A stretch of DNA of 64,000 bases from an uncultured Gammaproteobacteria bacterium (GCA_964428655.1 CAYRYE010000001.1:218258-282257), one strand, 5' to 3'. Positions 21,657-29,920 are shown, counted from the first letter of the stretch. The notes: generated by a model not told the origin, from the sequence alone. A program made the numbers and translations.

Positions 21657-22817
21657 ATGAAAGCAAAGCTTTATCTAGACTATGCCGCTACTACTCCGGT
21701 TGACCCTCTGGTAGTGAAGGCAATGCTGCCATATTTTAGTGATAAATTTGGCAACTCCGCATCTTTACATTATTTTGGCCAGCAGGCAAAAAAAGCGCTG
21801 GATAAAAGCCGCAATACTATTGCCGAATCTTTGGGTGCAAACCCTGAAGAACTTGTTTTTACTGCTTCAGCAACAGAAAGCAATAATTTAGCTCTAAAGG
21901 GAATTGCCCTTGCTAATCAAGAAAAGGGAAAACATATTATTATTTCTTCTATTGAACATGATTGTGTTTTAAATAGTGCTAAGTGGTTGGAAAGTCAGGG
22001 ATTTAAGATTAGTTATTTACCAGTAGATAAGCATGGATTAGTTGACCCGGGCGATGTTGGGAAAGCAATCAGGAAAGATACAGTTTTAGTTTCCATTATG
22101 CATGCTAATAATGAAATTGGCACAATTCAGCCGATTGAGAAAATAGGCAGAATTTGCCGTCAAAGAGAAGTTTATTTTCACACTGACGCCGCTCAAACCT
22201 TTGGCAAGATTCCTATTGATGTGAGGAAAGTGAATATTGATCTCCTGACCGCCTCGTCTCATAAAATGTATGGTCCAAAAGGAATAGCTCTTTTGTATGT
22301 CAGGCAAGACGTGAAAATAGTCTCGATTTTGCATGGCGGCGGCCATGAATTTGGATTAAGGTCCTCGACAGTTAATATTCCTGGCATTGTTGGCTTTGCC
22401 AAAGCAGTTGAACTTTGTCAATCAGAAAGAAAGAAAGAAACAGGACGATTAATTGAATTAAGAGATAGAGTAATTAAGACTGTTTTAAAAGAAATCCCTG
22501 ATTCAAAATTAAACGGTCATCCTAAAAGAAGATTACCTAATAATATTAATTTCAGCTTTTCTTTTATTGAAGGAGAATCACTGGTTTTAAAACTTAATAG
22601 CCATGGTATTGCTGTTTCCACTGGTTCGGCTTGTTCTTCTCCTAAACTAGAGCCAAGTCATGTGCTTTTGGCAATAGGGTTAAAGCATAAACAAGCCCAT
22701 GGTTCATTGAGAATAACCTTGGGCAGATGGACAACAAAAGAGGAAATAAATTATTTTTTAAAGGTTTTACCAAAAGTAATAAAGGAATTGCGCGCGATCT
22801 CGCCGTTTAAAAAATAA
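21657..22817 (+). CDS. iscS: Cysteine desulfurase (IscS/NifS family, PLP-dependent)
   Basis: SSHKMYGPKG PLP-Lys motif, GSACSS active-site Cys; the ATG at 21657 is more plausible than the upstream TTG. Confidence 0.9.
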   Translation: MKAKLYLDYAATTPVDPLVVKAMLPYFSDKFGNSASLHYFGQQAKKALDKSRNTIAESLGANPEELVFTASATESNNLALKGIALANQEKGKHIIISSIEHDCVLNSAKWLESQGFKISYLPVDKHGLVDPGDVGKAIRKDTVLVSIMHANNEIGTIQPIEKIGRICRQREVYFHTDAAQTFGKIPIDVRKVNIDLLTASSHKMYGPKGIALLYVRQDVKIVSILHGGGHEFGLRSSTVNIPGIVGFAKAVELCQSERKKETGRLIELRDRVIKTVLKEIPDSKLNGHPKRRLPNNINFSFSFIEGESLVLKLNSHGIAVSTGSACSSPKLEPSHVLLAIGLKHKQAHGSLRITLGRWTTKEEINYFLKVLPKVIKELRAISPFKK

Positions 22818-22820
22818 ACA

Positions 22821-23291
22821 ATGTACACCAAAAAAGTACTTGATTATTTTAGAAATCCTAAAAATTACGGCAAACTGAAAAACCCGGATGGAATTGGCAG
22901 AGTGGGCAACATTATCTGTGGCGATGTAATGCAGCTTTATATTAAAGTAGGTAAAAACAAAAAAGGCGAAGAAGTTATTGAGGACATTAAATTTGAAACC
23001 TTTGGCTGTGCCGCCGCCATTTCTACTAGCAGTGTAATAACGGATTTAGCCAAGGGAAAAACCTTGAATAAAGCCCTGAAAATTGATCAACGGAAAGTTG
23101 TTTCTTCCTTGGGCGGTTTGCCGCCAATTAAAATTCACTGTTCGGTTTTAGCCGCTGACGCTTTGGCCGAAGCAATTTATAACTATCTTTCCAAAAATAA
23201 AAAGCCAATTCCTAAAGATTTACAAAAAAGACGCTCCAGGATTGAGAAAGAAAAGAAATTGATTAAAGAAAAATACAAAGATTTTTATTAA
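22821..23291 (+). CDS. iscU: Fe-S cluster assembly scaffold (IscU/NifU N-terminal domain)
   Basis: Three conserved Cys (GDVMQLYI..., FGCAAA, HCSVLA); adjacent to iscS. Confidence 0.88.
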   Translation: MYTKKVLDYFRNPKNYGKLKNPDGIGRVGNIICGDVMQLYIKVGKNKKGEEVIEDIKFETFGCAAAISTSSVITDLAKGKTLNKALKIDQRKVVSSLGGLPPIKIHCSVLAADALAEAIYNYLSKNKKPIPKDLQKRRSRIEKEKKLIKEKYKDFY

Positions 23292-23295
23292 TTTT

Positions 23296-23335
23296 TACAC
23301 GCTCCGGGACCTGCTAGTTCGGCAGGCAGGTGTTC
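23296..23335. terminator. GC-rich hairpin between convergent iscU (+) and the MazG-like gene (-)
   Basis: CCTGC-TAGTTCG-GCAGG with extended flanking complementarity, seen in the sequence. Confidence 0.45.
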
Positions 23336-23342
23336 CGCATAA

Positions 23343-23657
23343 TTAGTCGTTTTCTGAGTCAGGAGATCCACCTTTATCTAAACGCTTGGAATATTTTTCT
23401 AAAACCTCTGCAAGTGCCTCTTCAAGATCAATATCAAGTAGATTGGCAGTAACGATTAGTGAAAAAAGAGAGTCTCCAAGTTCAGACCTGGTTTTTGCTC
23501 TGGGTTCAGGAGGCTTTTTACCATAGTCAGTCATTTTTAAAATCTCTTTAGCAACCTCACCAATTTCTGAAACTAAATCTAAGACTCTATGTTCCAATGG
23601 TGCGTTTAGATTATGCTTTTGACAAAAATCTCTAACCTGATATTGAAGCTGTTTCAT
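23343..23657 (-). CDS. MazG-like nucleotide pyrophosphohydrolase (small all-alpha NTP-PPase)
   Basis: About 100 aa; EIGEV...E..D...E-type motif as in MazG/YpjD family. Confidence 0.6.
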   Translation of the reverse strand: MKQLQYQVRDFCQKHNLNAPLEHRVLDLVSEIGEVAKEILKMTDYGKKPPEPRAKTRSELGDSLFSLIVTANLLDIDLEEALAEVLEKYSKRLDKGGSPDSEND

Positions 23658-23791
23658 CTTTGTAGAATTTTGAATTAATAAAATTTCATCTAACGTTTCG
23701 GACCATATGGGATCCTGATTACAATCTTATCAGGATTTGGGAAAATTTTCTTTTGAATTTTCCGTATAGCCCGTGTTAGGCGATATCTACT

Positions 23792-23998
23792 TTAAAGAGC
23801 TCTGGCCCTCTCTCTAAGATTTAGAGCGCCCCGATGCCATTCTACTAATCTTTTAACCCTCCCCCTTCTTATTTTTGGAGTTTGAAGAGACCACGGATGT
23901 TTTTTTACTACATCACGGGCCCAAATCATACCATTTGCTCCTTGTGCTAATATTCGTCTCGCTTCTGCAAAATCAAAATCACTCTCGCCTTTTGCCAT
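23792..23998 (-). CDS. Small basic hypothetical protein (68 aa)
   Basis: Strong SD (AAAGGAGGTGA, 8 nt upstream of the ATG) on the minus strand; no recognisable family. Confidence 0.5.
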   Translation of the reverse strand: MAKGESDFDFAEARRILAQGANGMIWARDVVKKHPWSLQTPKIRRGRVKRLVEWHRGALNLRERARAL

Positions 23999-24154
23999 TT
24001 TCAGGTCACCTCCTTTTTGTCACTCAAAGTTAAAAGTAAATTTCGTTTAACGTTTAGGTATATCTGAAGTTTAGCAAAAACCTTGAGTTTTATCAAAGAA
24101 ACCATGAAAAACAATTATTTCACTGATGACTAAACTTATATGTTATAATATAGG

Positions 24155-24595
24155 CTATGAGAATAATTGTGCTAGATAGCTGTCGAGGATTGGTTAGTGA
24201 AGTTACAGAAGGGCGGAAAAAAGGCCATGAATTGGGTCGACGTTTTGTTAGGAACCAGAGAGCAGTAGCTCAAAGCGGAGATCCGAAAATAAGGCGGGCG
24301 TGTGGTCCAGCCGCTCGAAGGGCGATCAGTGAAGGAATTTTAGGTGAACCCAATAGTAATGTAAGAGTAAGGGATTTTGTTGCTGACGCACTACTTCCGT
24401 CCGAAAGTCCGCTTAGCTTGTTAATACCCACAGGAAGAGAACTTCGGTCAAGGGTAAGAAGAGTGGGAAGAAACGTGGGGTTTGTGCAGGGAGTAAGTGA
24501 AGAGTTGGGTGGTTTAGGAAACATTGATCAATTGGTTCCGAGACCTAAACAAAGAGGAAGATAGCTTCATCAGTCTAAAGACAATTGTTTTTTTA
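24155..24595 (+). ncRNA. Candidate structured ncRNA (purine-rich, GC-enriched; contains GAAAGUCCG; identity unresolved: RNase P RNA or another housekeeping RNA?)
   Basis: Extended -10 TGTTATAAT at about 24139-24147. Downstream about 440 nt has GC content visibly above the surroundings. The only long ORF on either strand is Arg-rich and lacks an SD. The locus ends in a palindrome (ACAATTGT) plus U7. Confidence 0.35.
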
Positions 24596-24672
24596 ATTCT
24601 CCCTTCCCTATTTTTCAACCTTTTGGGTGAAAGGCAGAGGGGAATTAAAGGGGTGAATGCCTGAGTCCAAAA

Positions 24673-25095
24673 TTATTTTAGTAATCTTACTTTTTGAACT
24701 GTATTTTCAAAGTTTTTCATCAATTCGTGTTCCCAAATTCTAATAACTTTCCAAGTTTTCTTCTTGTAATATCTATTAACCTTTTTATCTCTTGTCTTAT
24801 TTCGTTCAATTTTGCCTGTCCAATATTTTTTATTTGTCGACGGCATTCTGCAATGTTTTTTACAACCGTGCCAAAAACAAGAATCAATAAAAATTACTGT
24901 TTTATATTTTTTCAAAACCAAATCAGGTTTTCCAAAATATTTTGTTGAATTTTTTCGATACCTAAGTCCAGCTTTCCAAATCGCTTTTCTAAAATCAACC
25001 TCAATCTTACTATCCCTACTCCTCACTTTTGACATTATTTCACTTCTTTGCTGCTTCGAAACTGTATCTGTCATCTCAGTCGTTAAAAAGCTCAA
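24673..25095 (-). CDS. vsr: Very-short-patch-repair endonuclease (Vsr, T:G mismatch-specific)
   Basis: IFIDSCFWHGC motif diagnostic of the Vsr family; overlaps the upstream gene by 20 nt. Confidence 0.88.
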   Translation of the reverse strand: MSFLTTEMTDTVSKQQRSEIMSKVRSRDSKIEVDFRKAIWKAGLRYRKNSTKYFGKPDLVLKKYKTVIFIDSCFWHGCKKHCRMPSTNKKYWTGKIERNKTRDKKVNRYYKKKTWKVIRIWEHELMKNFENTVQKVRLLK

Positions 25096-25837
25096 CAGGA
25101 TTTATTTTAAATTGAAGCATTTTTGAAGTATCTCGTCCCGCATCCCCTCCTTTCCTTTGCATTCCGATTCTCCCAATTTTTAAACTGCCTTGCGATGTTA
25201 TTTTAACATCGCCGTCTCCAAAAACATTCATGGCCTCGTTTATTGACTTCAGTATCCATCTACTACTGTCATTAATTTTTAGAATCACCAAAACCCAGTC
25301 GGCAGAAAATTCTCCCCTGCCCTTTAACAAATCGGAGACAATCAAAATTTTGTTATTTTCAAAAAATCTTACAACTTTATCTTGATCGTCTTTATTCATT
25401 TCTGTTAAAAACATTCTCCGCTTGTCTTTTAATCCCTTTTTGATCGGCTTTAGCTCCCCGGTAAAAAGCTTCAGGATTTTTGCGATATCTTCCGGGATGT
25501 TCCAAAGTTCAATATACTTATCAACCCATCTTTTGTCTATTTGGTTAAATCCTTGAGGATTGCTAACAAGTTTTACTTGCAGGTTTTGCAAGTCCTCTTG
25601 AGATTTTAACTTAATGATAATTTTAACTCTAACTTGAACATCAGCTTTGTACTGTCCGCGAACTTTTTCTGCTTTTACATATTCAATGTCTGAAATACTA
25701 TAACCCATAACTTCTAACCACTTTTGAGCCGTTTTGTCTTTTTTCCAATCGTTAAAACGATTAATTACGTTTTTTTCGTTTCTGAAACCGCCTTTTGCGA
25801 TTTGAGAACCTAATTTCGCTAACTGTTTTTTATTCAT
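25076..25837 (-). CDS. Probable Type II restriction endonuclease (cognate of the adjacent C5-MTase; size and layout resemble HhaI/HinP1I/MspI-type enzymes)
   Basis: Sits between the m5C-MTase and vsr with 4-nt and 20-nt junctions; no other recognisable family. The call rests on context. Confidence 0.45.
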   Translation of the reverse strand: MNKKQLAKLGSQIAKGGFRNEKNVINRFNDWKKDKTAQKWLEVMGYSISDIEYVKAEKVRGQYKADVQVRVKIIIKLKSQEDLQNLQVKLVSNPQGFNQIDKRWVDKYIELWNIPEDIAKILKLFTGELKPIKKGLKDKRRMFLTEMNKDDQDKVVRFFENNKILIVSDLLKGRGEFSADWVLVILKINDSSRWILKSINEAMNVFGDGDVKITSQGSLKIGRIGMQRKGGDAGRDTSKMLQFKINPVELFND

Positions 25838-25841
25838 AAAT

Positions 25842-26819
25842 TCAATTTAAGTAATTTAATAAACTTTGACCAAATGATTCAACGACATTTACGGTCATGG
25901 CGTTCCCCGCCTGACTTAACAAATCAGTGTCCGAAATTTTACCTTTGACTTTTTTTGACAACTTTTCGGGAAACCCTTGTAACAACAAAGATTCATATCC
26001 AGACAGTTTTCTAAATTTTCCGCCCCTCACATATAAAATACCATGCCTCCCTTTTCTAAGAGTTGGCACTTTGCCACGATATAGGCGCAAGTCAGATTGG
26101 CGAGTATCAATGACTAAAAATTGTTCTTTTAATAACTCATTGATTGAAAATTTACCTTTGTTGTATTTATTTTCCAAATATCTCAAAAAGGTTTGATAGG
26201 CTCTTTTCTTTTCATGAAACTCTAACTCATTAGTGTCAATCAAATATTCTTTTAATTCCGGTTTTTTAACTGATTGTGGAAAATTAAAAGCGTTACCGTT
26301 TCTTAAATCCTTCCGCACACCAATAAAATAAATTCTCTCCCTCATTTGCGGAACTCCATAGCACAAACTGCTTACTAGTTTCCAATAAACTTTATAACCA
26401 GCCTTTTCTAGCTCGCTTAAAATGTTTTTAAAAGACTGTCCATTGCCATGATTCAGTAAACCCTTTACATTTTCCAGAATGAAATATTTCAGATTTTTCG
26501 CTTTCATTATGTTTATCAACCCATAAATAATCTGACCTCGCGGATCGCACATTCCAGTTCTTTGTCCAATGACTGAGAAGGTTTGACATGGAAAGCCTGC
26601 AATCATCAAGTCAAAGCCCGGCAAGTCATCTGGAGTTATCTTCATCAAATCACCATAATTAGCTTCATTTTTTCCAAAAAATACCCTATATGTTTCTTCG
26701 GCTTTTCTATTAATTTCCGAAAAACCCACACATTTCATTCCACTATTTTCAAGACCAATTCTCCCCCCGCCAATACCAGCACAAAAATCTATAAATTTCA
26801 GTTTCTTGTTCAATGCCAT
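25842..26819 (-). CDS. DNA (cytosine-5)-methyltransferase
   Basis: Motif I FCAGIGG, IV GFPCQ, VI ENVKGL, VIII QMRERIY, X GNAM; an NHGNG stretch after motif VI resembles M.HhaI-like enzymes. Confidence 0.9.
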   Translation of the reverse strand: MALNKKLKFIDFCAGIGGGRIGLENSGMKCVGFSEINRKAEETYRVFFGKNEANYGDLMKITPDDLPGFDLMIAGFPCQTFSVIGQRTGMCDPRGQIIYGLINIMKAKNLKYFILENVKGLLNHGNGQSFKNILSELEKAGYKVYWKLVSSLCYGVPQMRERIYFIGVRKDLRNGNAFNFPQSVKKPELKEYLIDTNELEFHEKKRAYQTFLRYLENKYNKGKFSINELLKEQFLVIDTRQSDLRLYRGKVPTLRKGRHGILYVRGGKFRKLSGYESLLLQGFPEKLSKKVKGKISDTDLLSQAGNAMTVNVVESFGQSLLNYLN

Positions 26820-26890
26820 AATTTCATTTTACTAAAAATTTCTATTAATTCGTATTGCCTTTGTTTTTTTAAGACAAAACCAATAGAAAA

Positions 26891-27892
26891 CTAAGACTTA
26901 CTAGGTCTCTCCTTATTTTTTTTACGTGACCTTTCAACAAAGTGCTCAACTTTGTCTTTCCAACCAGAAATATGGGGGACTCTATTAAACTCCTTTCCAT
27001 GTCTACCAGACAAGAGCTCTGTTCTGGTGCACTTACTCAGCTCTTGCCAATTACTATACATAATATAAATAGCATTTCCGTATTCAACGTTTTCAAAAAC
27101 TACTAGATCTTTTTCTAAAAGTGCACCAAAGTAACGTTGTATTCCGCTCATTCCGTAAACAAGCTTTTTGGGCCTAAGTTTTTTAAAAAAGTCGTATCTT
27201 TCTCCAGCAGTCTTTTTCTTTTCCTCTGGAACGGGCGATTTATATCCGGCAAAAATTCTATCCACAACTTCTTCTCGGGTCCCTGGTGGAAGAATTATCC
27301 AATCAACCTTTGTTGTTTGTAAGTAATCATTGAATGAGGCATTTGCTTTTTGAACCCCGCACATGCCAATATTTTCCTGAAGGATATTTAAACACTTTAA
27401 CAGATCTCTTTCAAAATTTGGATCTTTTCTGTCAAGCACGCTATCTAGCTCAAATGTAAGCACATACTGCTTTTTATTCTTACCTTTTTCCTTGGTATTA
27501 ATTTTGACACAAATATGTTCTGGTCCATAAAAATCTCGTGGATATTTCCTGTATGGAAGGTCGACACGATGGGACCCATTGTACCAATCTCCATAATTAG
27601 GACATTCAACCGAATTATAATGAGTTTCCTTGGGGAGGTCTTTACGAATAACTGCATATCCATCGATATTTCTCCTGCTGTATTTTCCACTAGTCACTGG
27701 AGGAACCGCAGGATCTTCAGGAACAATGAGCTCCTCGTTGCTTAAATGAATGCCAAGATGTTTAAGTTCTCCTTGTAGTAACTGTTGAGAAGAAACAATT
27801 TTAAGACATGCTGCTACAATATAACGTTCATTGAGTCTTTTTAATTGCACGTGTACAAGTTTTGGAATCTTCCGAATATTTTTTTTAGCCAT
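26891..27892 (-). CDS. Hypothetical protein (333 aa), translationally coupled to lexA
   Basis: Start overlaps the lexA stop by 8 nt; no recognisable motif. Confidence 0.6.
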   Translation of the reverse strand: MAKKNIRKIPKLVHVQLKRLNERYIVAACLKIVSSQQLLQGELKHLGIHLSNEELIVPEDPAVPPVTSGKYSRRNIDGYAVIRKDLPKETHYNSVECPNYGDWYNGSHRVDLPYRKYPRDFYGPEHICVKINTKEKGKNKKQYVLTFELDSVLDRKDPNFERDLLKCLNILQENIGMCGVQKANASFNDYLQTTKVDWIILPPGTREEVVDRIFAGYKSPVPEEKKKTAGERYDFFKKLRPKKLVYGMSGIQRYFGALLEKDLVVFENVEYGNAIYIMYSNWQELSKCTRTELLSGRHGKEFNRVPHISGWKDKVEHFVERSRKKNKERPSKS

Positions 27893-28523
27893 GCTGGTTT
27901 TGATAATTAATAGGTATTACGCTAACAACAACACCCTGAACTTTAAAGTCATTTGTTAAAATAATTGGTTTATTTTTTGGGTTGGATGACTTTGGCTTCA
28001 ATACAATTGCATTCCCGACGTGATTATATTCCTTAATAGTGGTCTCATCGTCTATTAGAGCAACCACTCGATCTTTATTTTTGGCCGTTGATTGCTGACG
28101 AATCAATACCAAATTACCATCGTTAATGCCAGCCAAATCCATAGAATCTCCGGATGCACGGAGAATAAAGTATTTCGACCCGGATTTAAGCATAGACGTA
28201 GTGACTGGAATATTACCTTCTATGTTTTCTTCTGATAGTAAAGGCATACCGCACGCGACCATTCCAACAAGCGGAATGTCTTGGGTTTGAGCATGAGTTA
28301 AATTTGACTGAGGATCTTTTATCAATTGATATTTTCCGGATTTTATCTTTTTTAACACATTCTTTTTTTCAAGTTTTTCTAATATATCTTGAGCTGATCT
28401 AGGAGATTTATAGCCAAGAGCCTTCATAAGCTGACGCACTGATGGACTCGATCCATTATGCACCAAAGAATTTCTAATATGCCTTATTGCTTGAAACTCT
28501 TTTTTGCTTAGTTGTTTTTCCAT
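27885..28523 (-). CDS. lexA: LexA repressor (wHTH plus S24 peptidase)
   Basis: N-terminal LexA wHTH (LGYKSPRSAQDILEKLEKKNVL); C-terminal GDSM catalytic Ser and downstream Lys. Confidence 0.88.
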   Translation of the reverse strand: MEKQLSKKEFQAIRHIRNSLVHNGSSPSVRQLMKALGYKSPRSAQDILEKLEKKNVLKKIKSGKYQLIKDPQSNLTHAQTQDIPLVGMVACGMPLLSEENIEGNIPVTTSMLKSGSKYFILRASGDSMDLAGINDGNLVLIRQQSTAKNKDRVVALIDDETTIKEYNHVGNAIVLKPKSSNPKNKPIILTNDFKVQGVVVSVIPINYQNQHG

Positions 28524-28532
28524 ACTGTTTGT

Positions 28533-28561
28533 ATGTTACCGTATGTTTTAATCCTTGTCAA
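28533..28561 (-). promoter_or_regulatory. sigma70-like promoter for lexA (-35 TTGACA, 17-nt spacer, -10 TAACAT), overlapped by a GTATGTT-N3-GTATGTT direct repeat
   Basis: Read from the minus strand: TTGACAaggattaaaacatacggTAACATacaaacagtATG. Confidence 0.5.
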
Positions 28562-28746
28562 GAGTCCAAGTCGAATACTAAAAAAGCCATAAAACATCCC
28601 GCCAATGTAGTTGGCGGGATTCCTTAATTCCCCTCTAAAATAAAAACAAACTTATCTTTCCCCATACTCAACCTTCTTGGGGTTGAAAAATATTTTTTGA
28701 ATTGCGTATAACTAGTGCTTATGTGAATTGTTTTCGTAATTTCGTT

Positions 28747-28823
28747 TGGTCGGGGATGCCGGACTCGAACCGGCGGCCTCGCGCACCCCATGCGCGCGCG
28801 CTAACCAACTGCGCCAATCCCCG
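28747..28823 (-). tRNA. tRNA-Pro (anticodon GGG)
   Basis: 77-nt cloverleaf folded by hand: C1-G72 acceptor stem, GCGC D-stem, loop AUGGGGU (G37), TTCGAGT T-loop, encoded CCA. Confidence 0.85.
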
Positions 28824-28838
28824 TTTCATTGGTTGTAT

Positions 28839-28857
28839 TTTAACATGAATTGTGTTA
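28839..28857 (+). promoter_or_regulatory. Inverted repeat TTAACA-N7-TGTTAA upstream of recA (candidate SOS operator)
   Basis: Perfect 6-bp inverted repeat about 35 nt upstream of the recA ATG. Confidence 0.35.
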
Positions 28858-28891
28858 AAAAAAGTAATATCATTGATTCGTTGAAAGGGGT

Positions 28892-29920
28892 TTGATGACT
28901 GGAAAAAGAGACGAGAAAAAACAAAAGGCTCAAGCTGTGAAGATAGCAATGGCGCAGATTGAAAAGCAATATGGCAAAGGCTCGATAATGAAGATGGGGT
29001 TAAAACAGAGGAGATTGGAAGTAGATGCCATTTCCACAGGATGTTTGCCTTTGGATATTGCTTTGGGAGTTGGCGGTATTCCTCTTGGGAGAGTAACAGA
29101 GATTTTTGGTCCCGAAGCTTCGGGGAAAACAACTATTTGTCTTCATATTATTACTGAAGCTCAGAAAATGGGTGGATCGGCAGCCTTTATTGATGTTGAA
29201 CATGCTTTGGATCCGAGCAGGGCCAAAGCAATTGGTGTTAAACTGGAGGATCTGATTATTTCTCAACCCGATACTGGAGAGCAGGCTTTAGAAATTGTCG
29301 AGACTTTAGTTAGGTCAGGGGGATTAGATATTGTTGTTGTTGACTCAGTAGCCGCTTTAGTACCTAAAAGTGAAATTGAAGGCCAAATGGGTGATGCTTC
29401 TATTGGAGTTCAGGCAAGGTTGATGTCTCAAGCTTTGAGAAAATTAACGGGAGCAATTTCTAGATCAAAAACGGCTGTTATTTTTACTAATCAAATTAGG
29501 CACAAGATTGGAGTTTTCTTTGGTAATCCCGAAACGACTTCGGGTGGTTTGGCATTAAAGTTCTATTCTTCGGTGAGAATAGATTTAAGAAGAAGAGCAA
29601 GTATTAAAAATTCCCAGGGGGTAGTTATTGGCTCAATGCATAAAGCTAAGGTGGTTAAGAATAAGGTGGCGCCTCCATTTAGAGAGGCAGAGTTTGAGAT
29701 TTTAAATATTGGTGGAGTTTCCAAGATGGGCAGTTTGCTTGATGCAGGTATTCAGGTTAAAGTTGTTGTTCAGAGTGGAGCCTTCTATAAATACGGGAAA
29801 ATTAACCTGGGGCGAGGACGAGAAGCGGCAAAACAATTTTTGACAGGAAATCCTAAATTGGTTAAGGAAATTGAGAAGAAAATTTGGAATGTGATTGAAA
29901 GTGCTTCTTCAACCTTTTAG
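28892..29920 (+). CDS. recA: Recombinase RecA
   Basis: Walker [10 protein letters not shown]; L1/L2 loop regions; 342 aa. Confidence 0.95.
   Translation: MMTGKRDEKKQKAQAVKIAMAQIEKQYGKGSIMKMGLKQRRLEVDAISTGCLPLDIALGVGGIPLGRVTEIFGPEASGKTTICLHIITEAQKMGGSAAFIDVEHALDPSRAKAIGVKLEDLIISQPDTGEQALEIVETLVRSGGLDIVVVDSVAALVPKSEIEGQMGDASIGVQARLMSQALRKLTGAISRSKTAVIFTNQIRHKIGVFFGNPETTSGGLALKFYSSVRIDLRRRASIKNSQGVVIGSMHKAKVVKNKVAPPFREAEFEILNIGGVSKMGSLLDAGIQVKVVVQSGAFYKYGKINLGRGREAAKQFLTGNPKLVKEIEKKIWNVIESASSTF

Noticed and set aside
668-21666. Numerous 60-150 aa antisense or off-frame ORFs across the ribosomal region (for example 668-919, 2116-2334, 5444-5791, 8032-8712, 11115-11576, 19620-20144, 20238-20578)
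   Set aside because: All are embedded within well-supported conserved genes on the other strand or frame, with low-complexity composition.
24157-24564. 135-aa plus-strand ORF (and 84-aa antisense ORF) as protein-coding genes
   Set aside because: Arg/Gly-rich low-complexity translation, no SD, and the ORF overlaps an antisense ORF. Its ATG lies about 10 nt downstream of the -10, before the expected transcription start. More consistent with a GC/purine-rich RNA.
25076-25837. Assigning the REase firmly to the MspI/HinP1I family and a GCGC or CCGG specificity
   Set aside because: The similarity is only a recollection of sizes and a C-terminal K-M-x-Q-F-K-like stretch. It is not verifiable without a database search, so it is kept as a hypothesis only.
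28719-29132. 137-aa minus-strand ORF
   Set aside because: It overlaps the tRNA-Pro gene and the 5' part of recA on the opposite strand. Spurious.
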